DNA of 44,404 nucleotides, counting the filler, from Jimgerdemannia flammicorona (taxonomy: Eukaryota), in assembly GCA_003990765.1 (NCBI GenBank). It is 2 parts of 2 records of this genome, joined end to end, with 100 filler letters (N's around TTAATTAATTAA, not from the genome) between each part and the next. Parts side by side here need not be neighbours in the genome. Positions count along the whole stretch, not along the records: positions 22,262 to 44,404 come from RBNJ01001327.1; 1 more part is not named here. The stretch is one strand, 5' to 3'. A program made the position numbers and the translations under genes. Positions within the stretch are counted from its first letter, which is position 1, and every line of letters begins with the position of its first letter. The notes beneath the pieces are model-generated. The model was given only the letters and a program-made list of their open reading frames with translations, ran no database searches and was not told where the DNA came from. Positions 35,650 to 44,404 of the stretch are shown here, piece by piece.

Positions 35650-37015
35650 GATAAATGGTAGTAGGGATGATTGTGCCTGAGAGTTTCATAGCCAAAAGAT
35701 AGTTCCTTTTATAACTTGTACAAGATAAGGTCATTCCCACTTAGACTTCAGTTTTTGTAACCATAAAGCTTCTACTATATTCTAATATATCAGGACTTTG
35801 TCTTCTATCTTGATAATCTCTAGAGACTTGTGAGTTTTCTCTATATTATTCTGTTATAGTACCTGTACCTTAGTTATGTAATCCTCAGTCTTTTTCCTAA
35901 TTTGGTATAGTTTCCATATTTCTATATCTACATATTTCCATATAGCATCTCTATTGAGTGATAAGGTTCCTTGAGAACTTTCTACTCTGAATAGTATCTC
36001 TTGAGAGATAAAATAGATACTTTATAATTAGATATCTCAAAGAGCAGATAATACTATTAGTAGATAGTGATCCCAGTTTTTATAGTTATTACAGGTCTTA
36101 GTGATGATATTCTTGAGGATTTTGTTGATCTTTTCTGCTTATCTATTTCTCTGATAGTACTAGGCTGTAGTCTGAATATACTATATCTTGTACTTCTTAT
36201 AGAAAACTTCAAAGAACTAGTTCATAAATTCTATTTCTCTATCTGTTGTTACTTATATTGGGGTCTTGAATTGACAGATAATTTCTTTGTAGAAGAAATT
36301 GACAATTGACTGTATATTGGCTTCTTTGAGAGATCCTGCCTCTATCTATTTCATAAAAAGGTCTACAATGATAATGATATATCAGTTGCCAGTCAAAGTT
36401 AATGGTAGGAGGCTAATTATATCTATTATAATGTATATATATAAAGAGTACTTATTCTATGTGTACTGACCCTGGGGTCTGATATTATTGATTTTGTTTC
36501 TGTTTCTGATATTTGTCACAGGTCTTGACAAATCATCTGATATCTTTCTCCATCTCTGGCCACTATATTGTTTTTCTTACTTTTTTTATAGATATTCATT
36601 CCTCTTAGATAATCAAGTTCATATACTGATTTCATTGTTTACTCCTTCTTGTGTTTAGATATTACTAGTAGCTTTCCTTTCTTTAGTATTTCTCTATTAG
36701 TCTCAAATTGTTTCCATATTCTGTTGATAATTATTTGTATCTATTCTTCTAGATATTGAGGCATCTTTCACTATCTCAGATAAGTAATAATTCTATAGTA
36801 GAGTTTCTTATTCATAGTTGATTTACTAGTTGAGAGTCTTTTGGAGTATCCATAAGAGAACATCTACATTGGCATTAGTTCTTTTAGGGTAATGAACAAT
36901 GGTTACATCATAAGTTTGCAACTTTATAATCTATCTGATATAGATTCCTTTAGGTTGTCTAATAGTTAGCAGTTAGTTAAGAGCAGAGTAGTTCCAGCAT
37001 CTCTCTCTGGTACCT
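35650..37015 (-). mobile_element. Ty3/Gypsy pol relic (end of RNase H, integrase zinc finger, core and GPY/F region)
   Basis: Minus-strand remnants WPEMEKDIR*FVKTCDKYQKQK, IIDIISLLPLTLTGN*YIIIIVDLFMK*IEA and KLKSKWE*PYLVQV. Very TpA-rich. Confidence 0.75.
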
Positions 37016-38538
37016 CTTGGGTTATAAAACTTTTGGAAAGCAACTACAACATCATTTTTGGAGAAAAGAGACTAGCAACATGGCGACTGACAGGCAATCT
37101 GAGGTGCATACTGGGCAGGATGACCTGAGTGCATTTGACTGGCAGTATGTGGGGAGAGGCCCTGGCCTGGGGGGAGGTATGAGGGGGCTGCTGGCAGGTG
37201 GATGCAGAAGGGGAGAAGGTGGTAGTGGAGGACAGAGATCTGAGAGAGTGAGCTTTGCTGAGATAGTGAAGGAGAGAAGATAGACATTGGGGCTGGAGGG
37301 TTGGTTGAGAAAAGGCAAGGAAACAGAGAAAGCAATAGTATAGGGGGGAGTAGCCCTTGGTGGAGGGCAGTGGAGCTGGAGGTGTAGTGGCTGGAGGGGG
37401 TGTAATGGCTGATAGAGACAGGACTGCTAATCTGGAAAAAAATCCAGATGTGACTGTGGATGGTGCAGCTGAGCGACTGGGGCTTGGGAGACAAGGAGAT
37501 TTGGCAGATAGTGTGATGGATCTGGCAGTAGTGCCATTATTTAAGAAATCAATTTTGGCATTCACAGTGATACTGTGCTTAGTGCTCCCAACAAATCAAA
37601 TTGAATTGAATTTGGCCCAAACTCGATTTGATTCGATCGAATCAAGGGTCCAATTTGATTTGATTTGAATTGAATCAAAGGTCCAATTCGATTCAAAGTT
37701 CGATTCCAACCTTAATTTTCAAAATGTAATAACTCGACGAAAACTCATCCAAATTTAACGTATTTTAGCTTATTAGATTCACCGTATTAATGTGATTCTA
37801 ACAAGCTAAAGTACATTAGATTTGGATGAGTTTATGCTGAGTTATCGCATTTTGAAAATTAGGGTTCGAATCAGACCCTCAATTCGATTTGACTTTTGAT
37901 TTGATTTGAATTGATTCGAATTGAAAAATCCCCAATTCGATTCGACTCATTTAACCCTCAATTTGATTCGATTCGAATTGATTCGACTCATTTGGGAGCA
38001 CTAACTGTGCTTCCAGGGCCTCACAGTGACAGCGAAAATGGTGCTAGAGCTAATTGCTAAGCAGGTGGCTGGAGCAGCATCTGTAAAGTTTTTGAAGAGA
38101 CTGGAGGGAGTGAAGGTGGGCTTTGAGGAGGCTGAGCCTTTGGAGGAAGCATTGAAGGTTGGATTGATAGTTGGGGAGATGTGTGTTCTGATGGCACAAT
38201 GCCTGAAATGGGATCCCAGAGTGGTCTAACTGCTGGTGAAAGGAGTGCCCATAGTGATGGCAGTGGAGACAAGAAGGAGAGTTGAGGAGGTCATGGTGGA
38301 GTATGGAGTGGTGGTGGATATTGGATTCAGAGTCTGGGAGGGGACCTTGCTCAGGACTGGGGATGTGGATATGAGGATTCAGCTAGCAGGAAAAGAGGCC
38401 ACCAGGAAGGCAAGGGACTGATCTTCTGGTATGGTCTGGGGGGCAATTGTGTGCAAGGTAATGAGGGTGAAGGGGAGTGAGGAGGAGGAAGAGAACCTAT
38501 TGGAAGTGCTGGAAGAGTTGAGTGGTGCGGTAGAGTGG
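37016..38538 (+). mobile_element. LINE 5' UTR and ORF1 fragment, interrupted by a MITE and then by a second LINE
   Basis: MATDRQSEVHTGQDDLSAFDWQYVGRG..; SVKFLKRLEGVKVGFEE..; VVDIGFRVWEGTLLRTGDVDMRI. Paralogous to 38610-39650. Confidence 0.85.
37580..38003. mobile_element. 424-bp non-autonomous hAT element (MITE)
   Basis: TIR TAGTGCTCCCAA...TTGGGAGCACTA and exact 8-bp TSD ACTGTGCT (37572-37579, 38004-38011). (A/G)ATTCG subterminal repeats and a central palindrome. Confidence 0.93.
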
Positions 38539-38609
38539 TACTACAATTCACATTACACATGCTTTTCAACATACTTTCAATCTGTTTATTAGAGAAAGAT
38601 ATTAAGGCA

Positions 38610-40643
38610 ATGTTGACTAGCAAGCAAGCCGATGCACATACTAGGTTGGGAGGACCGGGGGCCTTTGACTGGCAGCATGTCGGGAGAGGGTATGGACTGG
38701 AGATGGGGTCTTTCAGTAGCTCCAGTGGACAGGCTGGCCTAGGCAGTAGAGGTGGTGCTGGTAGGGGGGCTGGAGGACAGCAGGGAAGGAGCTTTGCAGA
38801 CACACTTAGGACTGGGGGTTGGCCAATGGGGGCTTGCAGTGGACAGGCTAGAGGGAAGGAGAAGCAGAAGGCTGGAGATGCTGGGGGAACAGGGCCTTTG
38901 ATGGTGAGAGATGGGAGAAGTAGAGTAGCTACTGGGGGTAGTGATAGGACTGCTGATGATGGCATGACGGCAAATCAGGAAAAAAAAAGAGATGTGACAG
39001 CTGATGGCCAGAGGGGGCAGGGGTTCCTAATGCAGAAGGGGGACCTGGCAGATGGTGTAATGGGACTGGTGGTTGCACTGTTACTCAAGAAGTTGGTTTC
39101 AGAGTTTGCAGCGACCTTGTGCTTCTGGGGCTTGGCAGTGATGGCAACAATGGTCCTGGGGCTTATCTTGTAGCAGGTGGCTGAGGCGGCCTCAGTGAAG
39201 TTCCTGAAGGGGCTGGAGGGGGTGGAGGTGGGCTTTGAGGAAGTGGGCCCACTGGATGAGGTGATGAAGACTGGAGTGGTGGTTGGTGAAGTGGTAGTCC
39301 CAATGGTGCACTGCCTTAGGTGGGACCCCAGGGTGGTACAGCTGTTAGTCAAAGGGGTGCCTATAGTAACAAAGGCTGAGACTAGGAGGAGGGTAGAGGA
39401 GGTGGTGGCAGAGTATGGTGACATGGTGGATATCGGCTTCTGGGTGTAGGAGGAGACAGCAATCAGGACAGATGATGTGGATATCAGGATCAGGCTGGCA
39501 GAGAGGGAGGCCACTGGAAAGGCGAATGACTGGCCCTTGGTATTGATGTGGGGGGTGGTTGTCTGTAGGATGTCGAGGGTGAAGGAGAGTGAAGAGGAGG
39601 AGGAGGACTTATTGGAAGCATTGGAGGAGCTGGGTGGGGTGGTTGAACAGAGGGCAAAGACCTGAAAGCTCTATGAGGAGACAATGCATCTGGAGATTGT
39701 GGAGAGGAAGAGAATTTGAATGGACAAGGAGCAGTGGGAGTGGGCCCAGGGGTGCAGGTGGCAGAGAGAGCTGTTGGAGAGTATGAGCAGTGGGGCTAAG
39801 AAGAAGGTGGATAGTGCTGGAGAGGCTAGGGGCATCAAGGCCAGTGTCTGGGCTATTAAAGGAGGAAGGGAGGTAGAGGGGAATAAGGAAGGGGCTGAGA
39901 AGGTACTGAATAAGGACCCCTATAAGAATGGTACATTTGAAGTCTGGGAGCAGGAGTTGGACTCCACCCCCCCCCCTCTTATCAGGAGGGGCCCAATGAT
40001 GAAGAGAGGAGAAGCAGAGGATATTTTGATAAAGAGGGCACAGAGGGTACAATTTGGAGTCTCCAATGTAGCAAAAGGGGGTCAGGTAGTGGCAGTTGGC
40101 AAGGATGAGCTGGTAGATGTCCCAGAGGAGGAGTGGGATGAGGCTGCCAGTGTAGGAGCTGATACCACAATGTTGGATGCAGGGCGGCTGGGGACACCAG
40201 AAGGGAAGAAGATGGGGAACCTGCTGTGGATGAGCAAGGTGATGGATAATCTTGCAGCAGAGGCATTGGGGGAAGTAGACCTACGTGTGATGCCTGATGA
40301 GCATTGGGTGTGGATTCTGCATGGAGATGGAGTAATAGAAGTACTGAAGGTGGAGATTCTTGCAATCCTTCTGGAGGAGGAGGGTTATGAGGTTGAAGAG
40401 GCTAAGAAGGTGGAGCTGGGGGTTATTGCTAGTGAGCAGACTGCCTACTGTTGGGCAGAGCATCATGGTTTACAGCTCTGGCAGGAGGTCTGTCTGGAGT
40501 ATCATGAGGACTTTGAGGAGAGAGAAGATGGGGCAATGGTGGAACTTCTGGGAGGGTTGGAGACAAGGAAGGCAGGCAAAAGAGAGCTTGCTGCTGAACA
40601 TGACTTGGACTTGGGGCAGGAGGAGCTGAATGAGGACTTGTAG
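38610..40643 (+). pseudogene. LINE ORF1 (about 680 codons, RRM-like region plus charged helical region)
   Basis: ORFs 38535, 39177, 39477 and 39720 share one frame broken by single stops. Motif VEEVVAEYGDMVDIGFWV*EETAIRTDDVDIRI. Confidence 0.8.
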
Positions 40644-40646
40644 AGA

Positions 40647-43600
40647 ATGGGATCACTATATATCATTTTCCTATAAACAGTATAACCAATATCTTCTCTC
40701 TGAATGTAAATGGATTGAGAGGAGCAGAGCAGTGTAAGAACATTTTTACTTGGCTCAAGAGATTGAAGACTGATCTCTTTTTACTGCAGGACATACAATG
40801 TGAGGATGAGGATGATTGGGTAGAATGGACTAGGGAATGGGGGTGGGCTGCTGCTTGGTTTGGAAAAGTGGCGATGCTGGTGAGGAAGGGTAGAGGTAAC
40901 TTGGAGGGAATCAGGAGCTGGGGGGATCAATTGGTTTGGGGAGATTGGCATTGACCAGGATGGGAGTCAGTGAGAGTTGGCTCTACTACTGTCCAGCAGT
41001 GAGGGGCAAGAGGATTGCATGGATTAAGGAGCTGCTGGAGGAGGGTATTCTCTTGGAGAAAGGGGTCGATGTTCTCGGTGGGGACTTTAATATGGTTCAG
41101 GATCAGCATATTGACAGAACTGATGGAGGGAGTAATGCAGGAGGGAGAAGTGGTGGTCTGGATGCTTGGAAGGAGGTGGAGAACTTGAGCTCCTTAGGGG
41201 ATATGGGCAGAACATGGTGGGGCAATGCCAGGGTATACATGCATTGAGTGAATGGCCTGGGCACTAGGATTGACTGGATTTTGATGGCTGAGTGTTGGGG
41301 TTTCGATGTTTGGAAGGTATTGGAGGTAGTGTGGTGCCCGTGGTCTGATCACTGGGGACTTTTGGGACAGGGGCAGTTTGGGGGGAGTGGAGATGGACCC
41401 AGACATTGGTACCTTAACTCCTTCTTACTAGCCAAGAAGGGGTGGTGGGACTCTTGGGCAGAGGACATTCAGGTGAAGATCCATACCTAGAGGCATGAGG
41501 GTTGGTCTGTGGGGGTCCATTAGATGAGATTGAAAGAGGCTGCGAGGGTCTATTGGGGAGAAGCTGGTAGAGATACAGGGAGATAGAGGAGGAAGTGCAC
41601 AAGGTGTGCTTCCAGCAGGCTGAGGAGATTGCAAATAGATTGGGTGGATTTGCTTACTTTGGATGGTGGAGGATTGGAGGATAGAGCAGGCAAAATTGGA
41701 GATAGTGAAACTGCAACAAGTATTGAGAGAGGAGGAGGAGACTCATATGTGAGATATGGCTGCTAGGCTATGGTGGCAGGGACTTGAGGATGGTGAGCAG
41801 CCTACTAGGTACTTATCAAGACTCCTCCAAGTGAGAAGAGTGCAACATCGGTGGGATGGGGTCCTAGATGCTGATGGGGATATGGTGCATGGAATACAAC
41901 AAATCTTGGGGGTTCTGAAGGCGAGATAGCAGGGTTTGTAGAGTGAGGGAGAAGGGGGTGCTGATGAGGTGGTGATTGCAGGCATGCTAGAGGAGTGGGG
42001 GCCACCACAAGTAGACAGACTGGGTGACTTGATCTTACCAGTGCAAGGAGAGGAGATCTCCAGAGTGTCCTTGCAGTAACTAAACTTGGAATAGCACCAG
42101 GGGAGGATGTACTACCATGGGACTTCTGGAAGAAGATGGTAAAGGTCCCTGGAGTATTGGGTGAGATGGCTGCTCTCTGTGACCATGTTCTTCAGAGTGG
42201 CAAGTGGGTGGGAGAGCAGGACCTTGGGCTAGTGGCCTTATTGTACAAAGACAAGGGGAGGAGGGAAGACTGGAAGAACTGGAGACTGATCATGCTTCTG
42301 GATATGGATAGGAAGATGGTGACTAAGGTGATTGTTGTGAGGCTACAGAAAGTTGCCCAACAGGTGCTGGGGGAGGAGCAGCAGGGCTTTGTTAGAGGCA
42401 GACTTATAAGAGATGAGACTGCATGGGTACATGGGGTCATTAAAGGGGCCTGGGCTTGTGGACTGGATGGAAGGCTGGTCTTTTTGGACCAGGAGAAGGC
42501 CTATGACCATGTATGGCAGGTTTGGCTGGGCATGGTTTTGGATTGTATTGGTGTTCCCTCAAGATTTCAGGCTTCTATATTGAGCCTGCTGGAGAGCAGT
42601 CAGGCAGTGCTGATATATAATGGTCACCATGGTCTGGTGTTTTCCTTGGGGATAGGAGTGCCTCAGGGGGACCCTCTGTCCCCTATTCTCTATGCCCTTT
42701 CATTGGAGCCATTGATGGATAGGATTTGCTGGAAGGTGGCAGGGCTCTCTATATATGGTATAGTGTGGAAGGTGGGGGTCTTTGCTGATGACATGGTGGT
42801 TGGACTTGGGTCTGTAGCAGATGTCAAGACACTTAGGGAGACAGTGGAATAGTATGAGGCTCATTCTGGGGCAAAGCTCAACTGGCATAAGTGTGAGACA
42901 ATGATGCTTAGGAATGGGCTAGTGGGTGGAGACATTATTGGAACAATTGTCCCTACTGGTGAGGTGGTGTGGTATCTGGGTATCTTCTTTTCTGTATATG
43001 GTTCTGTCTTGCCACAAGTGTAGTGGGAGAGCAGGGTGACCATTTGGGGGGAGGCCCTTTGAGGTTAGGGTGGCCACCATATTTCTCTGGCAGGGCAGGT
43101 ATCAATTCTGAATGTATACTGGTTCTCCAAGCTGTAGTATGTGGCCTATTACCTTGACTTTCCAGCTTGGGTGGTAAAGAGGCTGATGAAGGTGGCTAGA
43201 GATTGGATTTGAGCAGGAAGGAGGTCCTAGATCAGTTGGGATACTCTTGCAACACTGGTGGTCAGGGGAGGTCTTGGCCTTGTAGATTTCCCTAAGAGGT
43301 TGCACTGCTTGCAAGCCTGGTGGTTGAAGAGAGCTGCTGAACTGCAGGGAGGAGGTTGGGTGCCTCTACTACAGAAGGTGTGAGAGATGAGAACCTCCCC
43401 CTGAGGGTCCTCAGGTGATCTTCTCTCTCTGGTAGGGTTGAATGGAATTCAGCAGCTACAGTTTAAGGGCTTTTGGTGGAGAGTAGTAGATGGAGAATAC
43501 CAAATTGGCCTGTGCTGGCAAGGTGATGAGGGGGAGGTGATATGGGGGCCTAGTATGTGGCGATGGGAGAGTCTGCTCCTGGGGGGTACTCTACTTACTA

Positions 43601-44330
43601 TGTTTGATATTGGGGATAGAGTGGAGTGTCAGCAGGGTCTTAGCCAGGATCTTTGGCCAAGTGGCTGGCAGGCAGCAGGGATTGGCAAGGAGTGGGACTG
43701 GGCAGGTATCTGGTCTTGGAGTACCAAGGTGTGGAGGTGGCTTCCTCCCAAGTTCTGGGTGGTATGGTGGAGAATGCTACAGAGAAATGTCATGTTGAAT
43801 TTCCACACTGGACATCTGGTGGATGGTGGCCGTTTTGATTGTGAGGAGTGCTACAATGTTGGGCAAGCTGGGGGTTATGTGCAGATGCTGGAACATTGGT
43901 TGGGAGAGTGTGAGGTTTTGGGGGAATTTTGGATAGAAATAGGGAATAGACTGGGTGTGGAGCATAGGCCAGCAGGGGAGGGGGGCTGCTGGGAGGACTT
44001 GAGGTCTTGGCTTGTGGGTGGGGTGGGTGATAGCTGGCTCACTGTAGGATGGGTGTTAGTAGTGTGGGTGGGACTGGCAGGACATTGGCTTTTTGTATTT
44101 AAGGAGGGGTGGTATTTGAGGCTGTAGGAGAAGCTATCAAGGTGGGAGGAGCTGTTGGGAGATCTGCTGATGGGATGGTGGGTGGGTTGGGGTCCTCAGG
44201 GGGGGCAATGGTATGGTTTGGTAGTAAGGATCTGTAAGCAGAGTGGTGGGAGGGTGGAGATTGTGTTAGATAAAGTGGTCTTTCATTGGAAAGAGGTAGG
44301 GGGGGGGGACCCCCCTAGGGAGATCAGATA
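40647..44330 (+). pseudogene. LINE ORF2 (AP endonuclease, reverse transcriptase, zinc knuckle)
   Basis: SLNVNGLR, FLLQDIQ, VLGGDFN, RIDWIL, SDH; NWRLIMLLDMDRKMVTKV, QQGFVRGR, FLDQEKAYDHV, GVPQGDPLSPILY, FADDM; CEEC..LEHWLGEC. Several frameshifts and stops. Confidence 0.95.
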
Positions 44331-44404
44331 AGGGGTGGGATTACTGTATTTATATGGGATAGATGAGTATTAATAAAGGATGGAGTCTAAGTGACTATAA
44401 AAAA

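Larger units (their letters stand above)
38539..44404 (+). mobile_element. Full-length decayed L1/Tx1-like non-LTR retrotransposon
   Basis: Short 5' UTR, ORF1, ORF2 (APE, RT, C-terminal Cys/His knuckle), AATAAA at 44372 and poly(A) beginning at the window end. Confidence 0.92.

Noticed and set aside
38351..40052. Long Pro/Ser/Leu-rich minus-strand ORFs
   Set aside because: Antisense shadows of the G-rich LINE ORF1.

Overview
Eukaryotic, almost certainly fungal, repeat-rich genomic DNA. Short GT-AG introns, the TE spectrum and a kelch/TM gene suggest an early-diverging fungus such as Mucoromycota (inference only). About 80% is nested, CpG-stripped, transition-riddled transposon relics around one CpG-normal gene island (about 26.75-34.1 kb). 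584-17335 is a hAT element of about 6.3 kb net (8-bp TSD CTCAGCTT) containing a second copy of itself (8598-17053). Each copy carries an intron-rich BED/DDE hAT transposase (+) and a convergent six-exon passenger gene (-). The two-copy consensus of that passenger has an HxD...H double-stranded beta-helix signature resembling TET/JBP-like 2OG-Fe(II) dioxygenases; this is the top finding. Each hAT copy was independently hit by a 2-kb solo LTR (5-bp TSDs) that contains a decayed ORF of about 350 codons. Next come Copia gag, Tc1 and Ty3/Gypsy relics, an assembly gap with an artificial linker, and LINE fragments. The island holds a 4-exon ubiquitin-fold gene, a broken kelch/TM gene and a CpG-rich 50-bp tandem array. 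The right end has a Gypsy integrase relic, a LINE fragment with a hAT MITE, and a full-length decayed L1/Tx1-like LINE. All calls come from manual reading; no database searches were run.
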